The position numbers and the translations under genes were made by a program. A model generated the notes under the pieces. It ran no database searches. It was not told the origin of the DNA and saw nothing but the letters and a program-made list of their open reading frames with translations. Shown piece after piece: positions 43,851 to 52,249 of a stretch of 57,502 bases of DNA; within the stretch, counting starts at the first letter, position 1; the number at the start of each line of letters is the position of its first letter. The stretch is from Patescibacteria group bacterium (GTDB lineage Bacteria > Patescibacteriota > Patescibacteriia > JAGPKW01), in NCBI GenBank assembly GCA_021734125.1, contig JAIPJN010000002.1:1-57502 (forward strand), read 5' to 3'.

Positions 43851-43924
43851 GGTACACCTGCTAGGAATCGAACCTAGATCTAAAGCTTAGAAGGCTCTTG
43901 TTCTATCCGTTGAACTACAGGTGC
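43850..43924 (-). tRNA. tRNA-Arg (anticodon UCU)
   Basis: The reverse complement forms a cloverleaf: acceptor GCACCTG/CAGGTGT (G1-U72), anticodon loop CTTCTAA, T-arm CTAGG-TTCGATT-CCTAG, encoded CCA. Confidence 0.93.
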
Positions 43925-43991
43925 GTTTTTATAAGAAAAATTATATCAATTTTTAAGTAAAAAGTCAAAATATGATATAATATAGCAATAG

Positions 43992-44067
43992 GCCACTATA
44001 GCTCAGTTGGTAGAGCGACTCCCTCGTAAAGAGTAGGTCACAGGTTCGATTCCTGTTAGTGGCTCCA
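43992..44067 (+). tRNA. tRNA-Thr (anticodon CGU)
   Basis: Acceptor GCCACTA/TAGTGGC, D-arm GCTC-AGTTGGTA-GAGC, anticodon loop CTCGTAA, T-arm ACAGG-TTCGATT-CCTGT, encoded CCA. tgaTATAAT promoter at 43970-43978. Confidence 0.93.
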
Positions 44068-44170
44068 TTCTACACTCTTAGCGAACAAGGTGAGCTTTAG
44101 CGAAGAATTACTATTCAAATTACGAAGAGCTACGAATAGCAAAGCCACCCTTCGCTTCTTGCGAAGCTAC
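44068..44170 (+). repeat. tRNA-trailer repeat, diverged copy
   Basis: Contains gccacccttcgcttcttgcgaagctaca and cgaagagctacgaata. These are the same motifs as the two Arg trailers and sit in the same orientation relative to the tRNA. Confidence 0.7.
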
Positions 44171-44227
44171 AAAAACATTTAAAACTTTGGAGAAGACTTA
44201 AAAAATATAATTAAATATAATAAAAGT

Positions 44228-44542
44228 ATGAAAGATAAAAATATAAACAACAAAGAAAGAGCAGAAATAGAAGAAGAACAAAATAATTATTCAATAAAAA
44301 ACTTATTGAATAAAAAACAAGAAAGACATGATGAATTAATGAGTGAAATACTAAAAGTAAAAAAAGAAGTAAAAAAAATTAGAAAATTAATGATACTCAA
44401 CAAAGTCATTATATTTGTAATAGTAATTATAATAGCATTAGGAATTCAAATAGGAATAAAGTTTTTACAACCAGTATTTGAAGATTATACAAGAAGTTTT
44501 AATTCTACAATGGAAGCAATAAATGGAATTTCTAATAATTAA
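44228..44542 (+). CDS. small membrane protein (charged N-terminus + 1 TM)
   Basis: 104 aa. K/E-rich N-terminal part, then LMILNKVIIFVIVIIIALGIQIGI. Confidence 0.5.
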   Translation: MKDKNINNKERAEIEEEQNNYSIKNLLNKKQERHDELMSEILKVKKEVKKIRKLMILNKVIIFVIVIIIALGIQIGIKFLQPVFEDYTRSFNSTMEAINGISNN

Positions 44543-45456
44543 TTAGAATGATTTTTCTTATAAATATCTTTTAACCTCTTATTCGTTATATGAGTATAAA
44601 CTTGAGTTGTTGTGATACTAGAATGTCCTAACATCTCTTGCACAGACCTTATATCGGCTCCATTATATAATAAATCAGTAGCAAAAGAATGCCTTATAGT
44701 ATGAGGAGTAACGTTTTTTGTTATTCCCGCTATTTTAGAATATTTTTTAACTAATCTTTGTATACTTCTTGTTGTTAAATTTTTAGTTTCATTTTTTGCA
44801 AGGTCAATATCATGCCTAATAAAAAGATATGGATAAACATCAGTTCTTTTATCTAAATATTGTTTTAATATATATTTTGCTCTATCTGACAAAAAAACAA
44901 TTCTTATTTTTCCTCCTTTACCCCTAATAGTAAACTCTTCTTTATTAAAATTGATATCTTCTTTTTTTAAACTACAAATTTCTGAAACACGAAGACCAGT
45001 AGAAAATAAAACTTCTAAAATAGCATTATCTCTTAATTTTATAATTTCAGAAGATTTTGTATCATAAGGCGCATTCATTATTTTTTCAAGCTCATCTTTT
45101 TCTAAAAATTCTACTTGTCTACTTTCTTGTTTTGCTAATTCAATTTTATCAGGAGCAAGTGAATTAACATCATTTTTTGCAAGATATTTAAGAAACATTC
45201 TAATAGCAATTAAATGATAATTTCTAGTTGATGTTTTAGTTTTATTTTCATTACTTCCTTTAGATCTTCTTAAATCTAAAATAAAATTATCAACATGATT
45301 TTTAGTTAGTTCAGAAATTTTTTTTATATCAATAGAATTAAAAAATCTATTTAAATATCTTCTGTAATTTTCTACAGTTTTTAAGCTTCTATTTTTAGTA
45401 ACTTCTAAATATAGAATAAAATCATCTATTAACTTTTGTATTTCAGTAGTTATCAT
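44539..45456 (-). CDS. tyrosine site-specific recombinase, XerC/XerD type
   Basis: N-terminal SAM-like domain, then catalytic ...TGLRVSE...HTIRHSFATDLL...LGHSSITTTQVYTH. Confidence 0.88.
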   Translation of the reverse strand: MITTEIQKLIDDFILYLEVTKNRSLKTVENYRRYLNRFFNSIDIKKISELTKNHVDNFILDLRRSKGSNENKTKTSTRNYHLIAIRMFLKYLAKNDVNSLAPDKIELAKQESRQVEFLEKDELEKIMNAPYDTKSSEIIKLRDNAILEVLFSTGLRVSEICSLKKEDINFNKEEFTIRGKGGKIRIVFLSDRAKYILKQYLDKRTDVYPYLFIRHDIDLAKNETKNLTTRSIQRLVKKYSKIAGITKNVTPHTIRHSFATDLLYNGADIRSVQEMLGHSSITTTQVYTHITNKRLKDIYKKNHSN

Positions 45457-45496
45457 AATATAATTAAAAAATACTTATACTTCCATTATACAACAA

Positions 45497-46021
45497 ATGA
45501 AAAAAATATTTTATACAAAATCAAAAAAATCAAAATATTATTCAATAAGAATTGATAATAACGAAGATATAATAGTTACAATACCAAGATTAGGAAATAA
45601 AAAATTTGCTGATAATTTTTTAAAACAAAAAAAAGAGTGGATAGATAAAAAAATAGAACAAAAAAAAGATAAACCAATAAATTTATCAAAAAAAACTAAA
45701 GAAGATTATAAAAAAAATAAAAACATAGCACTTTCTGAAATAAAAAAAATAATAAAAAAATTAAATATTGAAATAAAATATAAAAATATTTATATAAAAA
45801 ATCAAAAAACAATATGGGGGAGCTGTTCTAGTAATAAAAATTTAAATTTTAATTATAAAGTGATATATATTCCAGAAGAATTAAGAGAATATATAGTTGT
45901 ACACGAATTTTGTCATTTAAAAGAAATGAATCATTCAAAAAATTTTTGGCATGAGGTAGAAAAAATAATTCCAGATTATAAAGAAAGAAGAAAAAAAATT
46001 AAAAATATGGTACAATTATAA
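45497..46021 (+). CDS. YgjP-like (DUF45/M48-related) metallopeptidase
   Basis: WGSCSS...VVHEFCHLKEMNHSKNFW carries the HExxH motif in the YgjP context. Confidence 0.8.
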   Translation: MKKIFYTKSKKSKYYSIRIDNNEDIIVTIPRLGNKKFADNFLKQKKEWIDKKIEQKKDKPINLSKKTKEDYKKNKNIALSEIKKIIKKLNIEIKYKNIYIKNQKTIWGSCSSNKNLNFNYKVIYIPEELREYIVVHEFCHLKEMNHSKNFWHEVEKIIPDYKERRKKIKNMVQL

Positions 46022-46054
46022 AAAATAAAAGGTTAATTTTTAATTATTTAATTT

Positions 46055-47380
46055 ATGAAAAAAAATAAGTTTCTAAAAATAGGGGCTTTGTTTTTTGCTA
46101 TAGTTTTAATATTTGTTGGTGTATTTTCTTTTACGAAAGTTCAAGCAAATGATAATTATACTTTATTGAAGGAAAATGAGATTGTAGAATCTTCATATTT
46201 TGCAAAAAGTGAAGTTATTGATTTACAAGGTATTATAAATGGAGATGCATTTATAATAGGGACAGATATAAAAATATCAGGAGAAATAAATGGTAATTTA
46301 TATGTTATAGGAAATTCAGTAGAATTAACAGGTAAAATATCTGGAACTATACTTGCTATTTCTAATAATTTAGATGTAGTAACAAAAGAAAGAGCAAATT
46401 CTATATTATCAGTTGGAAATATAGTGAATATAGATACTGGTTCAAAAAATAGCACCTATATAGTATCAAATGAAGCAAATATAAACGGATTAATAGGTAA
46501 AGATTTATACGTTACAAGTACAAATACAAGTTTAAATAATATAGTATTTAGAAATTTTGTTTTAGCGGGAGAAAAATTATATTTTGGAGAATCAGCAGAT
46601 GTAAATCAAAATTTAAAATATAGTATAAATACAAAAACGAATCTTAATCCAGAAAACATCAAAGCTGAAATAACAAAATACAATCCTGTTATAAATCATT
46701 TTAATTTTAATAAAGAATCAAGAGATATAAGAAATTTTTTAAATGGGATCACAATAGCTAATGTATTAATAAGCTTTTCAACTTTATTACTTTTAGGTTT
46801 TCTTTTTGCAAGATATGCAAAAAATATAGGGAAAAAAGTTTCTGAAAAATATATGAATGAATTTGGTGATAATTTACTTGTAGGATTTTTAACATTATTA
46901 CTATTTCCTATTGCCTTCATATTATTAGCTTTAAGTATATTTGGAATAAATATAGCATTATTTTTACTTTTAAGTTTTGTTTTTCTTTTCATATTTGCTT
47001 ATATATTTTCTGCCATTGCTATAGGATTATTTATAGAAAAAATGTTATTTGATGATGATAATTTATACATAGCTGCATTTATTGGTGCAATATTATTTCC
47101 AATGATTGGATTTTTACCAATAATAGGAAAAATAGCAGAATTAGTTTTAATATTAGTTGGAGTGGGTTGTATTATAAGATATGACAAAGAAACAGTTGAT
47201 AAAATGAATGAAGATTTAGAACCAAAAAAGAAAAAAACTTTTTTTAAAAAAATAAAAAATAAAACAAAGAATAAAAAAACAAAGAAAGAAGAAAAATCAA
47301 AAACTAAAAAAACAAAGAAAGAAGAAAGCAAAGAACAGCCAAAGAAAAAAAGAGGTAGACCAAGAAAAAATGAAAAATAA
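46055..47380 (+). CDS. membrane protein with a bactofilin-like repeat region and a lysine-rich tail ending in an AT-hook
   Basis: TM1, then repeats IINGDAFIIGTDIKISGEINGNLYVIGNSVELTGKISGTILAI, about 5 TM helices and the tail ...KKKRGRPRKNEK. Confidence 0.7.
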   Translation: MKKNKFLKIGALFFAIVLIFVGVFSFTKVQANDNYTLLKENEIVESSYFAKSEVIDLQGIINGDAFIIGTDIKISGEINGNLYVIGNSVELTGKISGTILAISNNLDVVTKERANSILSVGNIVNIDTGSKNSTYIVSNEANINGLIGKDLYVTSTNTSLNNIVFRNFVLAGEKLYFGESADVNQNLKYSINTKTNLNPENIKAEITKYNPVINHFNFNKESRDIRNFLNGITIANVLISFSTLLLLGFLFARYAKNIGKKVSEKYMNEFGDNLLVGFLTLLLFPIAFILLALSIFGINIALFLLLSFVFLFIFAYIFSAIAIGLFIEKMLFDDDNLYIAAFIGAILFPMIGFLPIIGKIAELVLILVGVGCIIRYDKETVDKMNEDLEPKKKKTFFKKIKNKTKNKKTKKEEKSKTKKTKKEESKEQPKKKRGRPRKNEK

Positions 47381-47397
47381 AAATATATTTTAATGTA

Positions 47398-47433
47398 AGA
47401 ATAGGACGATTAAAAGTCGTCCTGTTCTTTTTT
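47398..47433 (+). terminator. family C palindrome acting as terminator
   Basis: agaataggacga-ttaaaag-tcgtcctgttct followed by a T-run, 18 nt after the stop. Confidence 0.75.
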
Positions 47434-47523
47434 AATCAAATTATAAACATTAAAAAATAGTTTGATATTTTTAATAAAATATGATAAAAATAAGGTTATA
47501 CTTAAAAAATAAAAATTTTAAAA

Positions 47524-48840
47524 ATGTCTATTCAAGTTAATAAAAAGCAAGAAAAAACTGAATTAATTTTAAATATCACTGTACCTTACGAAGATTATAA
47601 AAAATATATTGAAAAATCAGCTGAAAATTTTTCAAAAAATATTGAAATAAAAGGGTTCCGAAAAGGAGAAGCTCCTTATGATGTTGTTTCAAAACAAGTA
47701 GGAGAAATGAATATATATGAAAATTCTTTAGAAGAAATAGTACAAAATTCATATTATGAAGCAGTGAAAGAAATAGGAGATGATGTTAAATTTTTTGTAG
47801 AGCCAGAAATAAAAATTGAAAAAATGGTTCCAAATAATCCTATAGAATATACAGCTAAGCTCATGCTTGTTCCGAAAATAGAGCTTGGAAAATACAAAAA
47901 TTTAGATTTTAAAATAAAAAATTCATATAAAGAAGAAGAAATAAAAGAAAAATCAAAAAAATCTATTGATGAACTTTTAGAAATGAGATCAAAAGAAAGT
48001 GTTCAAGATAAACCTATAGAAAAAGGAAATAAAGCTACAATGAATTTAGAATTATCTCAAAATGGAGTTATTTTAGAAGATGGTCAAATAAATGATTTTA
48101 ATTCTGTTTGTGAAGAAGAAAAATTTATTCCTGGATTTTTTGATAATATAAAAGGAATGAAAGCAGGAGAGACTAAAAATTTTGAATTAGAATTTCCTAA
48201 AGATTATTTTGAAAGTAAATTAGCAGGTAAAAAAATAAATTTTAAATGTGAAATTAAAACTGTTTATAAAAGAGAAATACCAGAATTAAATGATGAATTT
48301 GTAAAAACTTTAGGAAATTTTAAAAATAAAGAAGAGTTTATAAAACAAATAGAAGAAAATGTAACTAAAGAAGGGTTAGAGAAAGGAAAAGAAAAAACAA
48401 CAATAGAATTGTTAGATGAAATAAAAAATAAATCAAAAATTTCAGAAATTCCAGAAAGATTAATAAAACTTGAAACAAAGAAAATGCTAGAAGAATTAAA
48501 AAATTCTGTTTCACAAAGTGGAATGGAATGGGATTCATACAAAGATTCAATAAAAAAATCTGATGAAGATTTAGAAAAAGAATTTGAACCAAAAGCAAAA
48601 GAAAGAGTTATATCAAGTTTAATATTAGAAAAAATAGGTGAAGAAGAAAAAATAAAAGTAGATCCAGAAGAATTAAAAGAAGAAATAGAACAAACTAAAA
48701 AAACTTATGCTTCTCATCCAGAGTATGAAACTATAGAAAAAAATTTAAAAGATCCAAGATATATATCAAACTTAGAAAGGGTAATGAAAAACAGAAAAAC
48801 AATAGAATTATTACAAAAAGAAAATATAACAAATCTATGA
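47524..48840 (+). CDS. tig: trigger factor
   Basis: N-terminal ribosome-binding signature GFRKGEAP, a central PPIase-like region and a C-terminal helical arm. 438 aa. Confidence 0.88.
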   Translation: MSIQVNKKQEKTELILNITVPYEDYKKYIEKSAENFSKNIEIKGFRKGEAPYDVVSKQVGEMNIYENSLEEIVQNSYYEAVKEIGDDVKFFVEPEIKIEKMVPNNPIEYTAKLMLVPKIELGKYKNLDFKIKNSYKEEEIKEKSKKSIDELLEMRSKESVQDKPIEKGNKATMNLELSQNGVILEDGQINDFNSVCEEEKFIPGFFDNIKGMKAGETKNFELEFPKDYFESKLAGKKINFKCEIKTVYKREIPELNDEFVKTLGNFKNKEEFIKQIEENVTKEGLEKGKEKTTIELLDEIKNKSKISEIPERLIKLETKKMLEELKNSVSQSGMEWDSYKDSIKKSDEDLEKEFEPKAKERVISSLILEKIGEEEKIKVDPEELKEEIEQTKKTYASHPEYETIEKNLKDPRYISNLERVMKNRKTIELLQKENITNL

Positions 48841-49058
48841 TATTAGAGGTAAAAGTAATACCTAACTCAAAAGAAGAAAAAATATATCAAGAAAATGGAA
48901 TATATAAAATAAAAATAAAAAAACCTGCAATAGAAGGTAAGGCAAATTTAGATTTAATTAAATTTTTAGCAAAAGAATTTAAAGTAAAAAAAAGAAATAT
49001 AAAAATATTAAAAGGTGAAAAAACAAGAAATAAAATTATAGAAATTAATGAATTTTGA
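48837..49058 (+). CDS. DUF167 (YggU-like) protein
   Basis: EVKVIPNSK...GKANLDLIKFLAKEFKVKKRNIKILKGEKTRNKIIEI matches the YggU pattern. 4-nt overlap with tig. Confidence 0.75.
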   Translation: MILEVKVIPNSKEEKIYQENGIYKIKIKKPAIEGKANLDLIKFLAKEFKVKKRNIKILKGEKTRNKIIEINEF

Positions 49059-50322
49059 AATAACAGAAAAAATTCAATATGCTATAGATTTAATTAAAAA
49101 CTCTAATAAAAATATATTCATAACAGGAAGAGCAGGAACAGGAAAATCAACCTTACTTGAATATCTAAGAGATAATATAAAAAAAAATCTAGTAGTATTA
49201 GCTCCAACAGGAGTTGCTGCTTTAAATGTAAAAGGACAAACAATACATTCTTTTTTTGGTTTTAAGCCTAATATAACAATAGATAAAATTAAAAAAGGGA
49301 AAAATAATAAAATATATAAAAATTTAGAGCTCATTATAATAGATGAAGTATCAATGGTAAGATCTGATTTATTAGATTGTATTGATAAATTTTTAAAATT
49401 ATCAAGAAATAATGAAAAACCATTTGGTGGGATACAAATTGTTTTTGTTGGAGATTTATATCAACTACCACCAGTAGTTACATATGAAGATAAAAAAATA
49501 TTAAATTATTTTTTATATAAAACTCCATATTTTTTTTCAGCTTATGTTATGTCTCAAGTAGATCTTGCGATAATAGAATTAAAAAAAATATATAGACAAA
49601 AAGATAATGATTTTATAAATTTATTAAATTTAATCAGAAATAAAAAAATTGATCAAGAAAATTTAAATTCAATAAATAAAAGGTATTTAAATGTAGAATT
49701 TGATAATGAATTATATATAACTCTAACAAGTACGAATAAATTAGCTGAAAATATAAATAAAGAAAAATTATCAGAAATAAAAGGTAGAAAATATAATTAT
49801 AAGGCAGAAATAGAAGGTAAATTTGATTCAAAATATTATCCTACATCTGAAGCTTTAAATGTGAAAATAGGTTCTCAAGTTATGTTGATTAATAATGATT
49901 CTAAGAAAAGATGGGTTAATGGAAGTATAGGAAAAATTATAGATATAAAAGAGAATTTTGTAACAAAAAATGATATAATAATAATTAAGTTGGATAGCGG
50001 TAATATAGTAAATGTAGAGCCAAATAAATGGGATATATATACTTATGTTTTTAATGAAACAGAGAATAAAATTAATCAAAAAATATCAGGCTCTTTTATC
50101 CAATATCCAATAAAACTTTCTTGGGCAATAACAATACATAAAAGTCAGGGAAAGACTTTTGATAAGGTTATAATAGATACAGGAAGAGGTTGTTTTACTC
50201 ATGGGCAAATGTATGTAGCATTATCAAGATGCACATCACTAGAAGGTATAGTATTAAAAAAACCAGTATATAAAAGTGATATAATTTTTGATTTTAGAAT
50301 TGAAAAATTTTTAAGTAAATAA
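49048..50322 (+). CDS. Pif1/RecD-like SF1B DNA helicase
   Basis: Walker A GRAGTGKST, Walker B IIIDEVSM, GDLYQLPPV, and C-terminal ITIHKSQGKTF...YVALSRC. Confidence 0.85.
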   Translation: MNFEITEKIQYAIDLIKNSNKNIFITGRAGTGKSTLLEYLRDNIKKNLVVLAPTGVAALNVKGQTIHSFFGFKPNITIDKIKKGKNNKIYKNLELIIIDEVSMVRSDLLDCIDKFLKLSRNNEKPFGGIQIVFVGDLYQLPPVVTYEDKKILNYFLYKTPYFFSAYVMSQVDLAIIELKKIYRQKDNDFINLLNLIRNKKIDQENLNSINKRYLNVEFDNELYITLTSTNKLAENINKEKLSEIKGRKYNYKAEIEGKFDSKYYPTSEALNVKIGSQVMLINNDSKKRWVNGSIGKIIDIKENFVTKNDIIIIKLDSGNIVNVEPNKWDIYTYVFNETENKINQKISGSFIQYPIKLSWAITIHKSQGKTFDKVIIDTGRGCFTHGQMYVALSRCTSLEGIVLKKPVYKSDIIFDFRIEKFLSK

Positions 50323-50324
50323 AT

Positions 50325-51092
50325 ATGACATTATTTCAAGCTTTTATTTTAGGAATAACTCAAGGAATAACGGAATGGCTACCCATTTCTTCTTCTGGAC
50401 ATTTAGTTATTTTAGAATATTTATTTGGAATGAAAGAAACATTAAGTTTTAATATAGCATTACATTTTGCTAGTGTTATAGTTATATTTATAGTTTTTTG
50501 GAAAGATATAAAGAAATTAATTATTGGAGTTCTAAAAAGAGACAAAAAAGCTTTAAAAATGTTTTTTTATTATTTTTTAGCATCAATTCCAGCAGCTATA
50601 TTTGGAATATTATTAAAAGATTCTTTAGAAATAGTAAATCAAAATTTATTTTTAATAGGAATATTTTTAATAATTACTAGTTTTGTTCTTTTTGTAACTA
50701 AATTTGCTAAAAAAATTAATACAAAAATTAATACAAAAAATTCAACACTTATAGGATTAGCTCAAGCTTGTGCTATTTTACCTGGAATATCTAGATCAGG
50801 AATGACTGTTTCAATGGGGTTGGTAAGAGGTATCGATAAAAAAGAAGTAGCTAAATTTTCTTTTATATTAGCTATTCCTGCAATATTAGGTGCTACACTT
50901 CTTGATATAAGAAATTTACAATCAATACAAAATGTAGAAGCTGTAATAATAGGAATGATAGTTTGTTTAATAATTGGAGTTCTTTCTTTAAAATTTTTAT
51001 TAAATATTATAAAGAAAAATAGTTTATACAAATTTTCCCCATATTGTTTAATATTAGGAATATTTTCTATATTAATATTTTTCTTTTATTAA
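50325..51092 (+). CDS. uppP: undecaprenyl-diphosphate phosphatase
   Basis: ITEWLPISSSGHL and PGISRSGMT motifs. 8 predicted TM helices. Confidence 0.92.
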   Translation: MTLFQAFILGITQGITEWLPISSSGHLVILEYLFGMKETLSFNIALHFASVIVIFIVFWKDIKKLIIGVLKRDKKALKMFFYYFLASIPAAIFGILLKDSLEIVNQNLFLIGIFLIITSFVLFVTKFAKKINTKINTKNSTLIGLAQACAILPGISRSGMTVSMGLVRGIDKKEVAKFSFILAIPAILGATLLDIRNLQSIQNVEAVIIGMIVCLIIGVLSLKFLLNIIKKNSLYKFSPYCLILGIFSILIFFFY

Positions 51093-51107
51093 AAAAGAGC
51101 TATTAAA

Positions 51108-51500
51108 TTAAAAATAACCCTTTAAAGTTTTTTTACCTCTAAAATTAAATTTTAATAATTCTTCTTTTATTTTAATAAAATCTTTTTTGGAATAAGTTAT
51201 CCAAAGTATTCTATCAGTTTGATCTGCTTCTAATATATCAAATAATACAGAAAGAATAACCTTCATTAATTTTTTATTATTAATAATATTACTATTTTCA
51301 ATATATTTTTTAAAATAAGAAGCTCCGAAGAAAATTAAAATAGAATTTAATTTTTTATTTGTAGGATTTTTTTCTTTTATAGATTTTAATTCTGAAATAA
51401 AATCTAAAGAGATAAGATAATTATAAATTTCATTATAACTTTTTCTTATGCTTTCAATCATTAAAGCATGTTCCTTACTAGGTAAATATTTTTCCCTCAT
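51108..51500 (-). CDS. hypothetical protein
   Basis: 130 aa. AGGAGG 6 nt upstream of the ATG. No recognisable motif. Confidence 0.55.
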   Translation of the reverse strand: MREKYLPSKEHALMIESIRKSYNEIYNYLISLDFISELKSIKEKNPTNKKLNSILIFFGASYFKKYIENSNIINNKKLMKVILSVLFDILEADQTDRILWITYSKKDFIKIKEELLKFNFRGKKTLKGYF

Positions 51501-51640
51501 TTTTTCCTCCTTTATATTTTTACAATCATCCTTTGTCCTAGGGGATTACGAAGGATAATTATACTCTAAAATTATTGTTGCGCCTTTCTAAACTTTTTAA
51601 AAAAAGTTTCATAAAGTATATTCACTTAGCTTTATAATAG

Positions 51641-51773
51641 TCATTCTTCGCTCTTCGAGCTACGAATAACATACTTCGCTTCAATTACTCATCTATAAAT
51701 GGACATGCCATTTGTAGCTTTGTAAGAAGCGAAGAAAGGCGTGCCATTTGTAGCTTCGTAAGAAGCGAAGAAT
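51641..51773 (-). repeat. tRNA-trailer repeat block (unique part + 2x 36-37 bp hairpin units)
   Basis: Units at 51701-51737 and 51738-51773. The unique part tcttcgctcttcgagctaYRaataacatactt..attactcatctataaatgg is shared with 43691-43743. Confidence 0.9.
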
Positions 51774-51849
51774 GGTACTCCCTGTAGGATTTGAACCCAC
51801 AACCTACTGGTCCGAAGCCAGTCGCTCTATCCAATTGAGCTAAGGGAGT
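51773..51849 (-). tRNA. tRNA-Arg (anticodon UCG)
   Basis: The reverse complement has acceptor ACTCCCT/AGGGAGT, anticodon stem ACTGG/CCAGT, loop CTTCGGA, T-arm GTGGG-TTCAAAT-CCTAC and an encoded CCA. Confidence 0.9.
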
Positions 51850-51940
51850 CTAAATATCTTTTAAATTATACCATTTTATAGCATATTTTAACAAAAAAAT
51901 CAATAAATTATGGTAATATACATAAATATATGATGGTTTT

Positions 51941-52135
51941 TTATATAAAAATGTTAATTAATAAACATATTGTAGTAGGAACGCGCCGTGGCGCGTTCCC
52001 ACAGAAATGATAAAATAAAACATTATTTTACAAATAAAATACATGTTAAAATTAAGTGCAATTTTATATAAAAATGTTAATTAATAAACATATTGTAGTG
52101 GCCAGCCATGGCTGGCCATTCACATTGTGCGCCCG
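51941..52135. repeat. mosaic repeat cluster (flank+B, D', flank+A, E)
   Basis: The 36-nt ttatataaaaatgttaattaataaacatattgtagt occurs at 51941-51976 and 52064-52099. The first leads into ggaacgcgccgtggcgcgttcc (51978-51999), the second into tggccagccatggctggcca (52099-52118). Confidence 0.92.
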
Positions 52136-52249
52136 CAAAAATTCATGCAAAAATAATAAAACAAAACATTAAACAAATTACATTAAACAAATTACATTAA
52201 AAAAAATAAAAAATTGTATAATAAAGACAAATATTATAATATAAATGAA

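Noticed and set aside
44539-45456. The tyrosine recombinase as a phage or ICE integrase marking a prophage
   Set aside because: Its length and motifs fit housekeeping XerC/D. Neighbours are core genes (tig, uppP), and no phage structural or conjugation genes are present.
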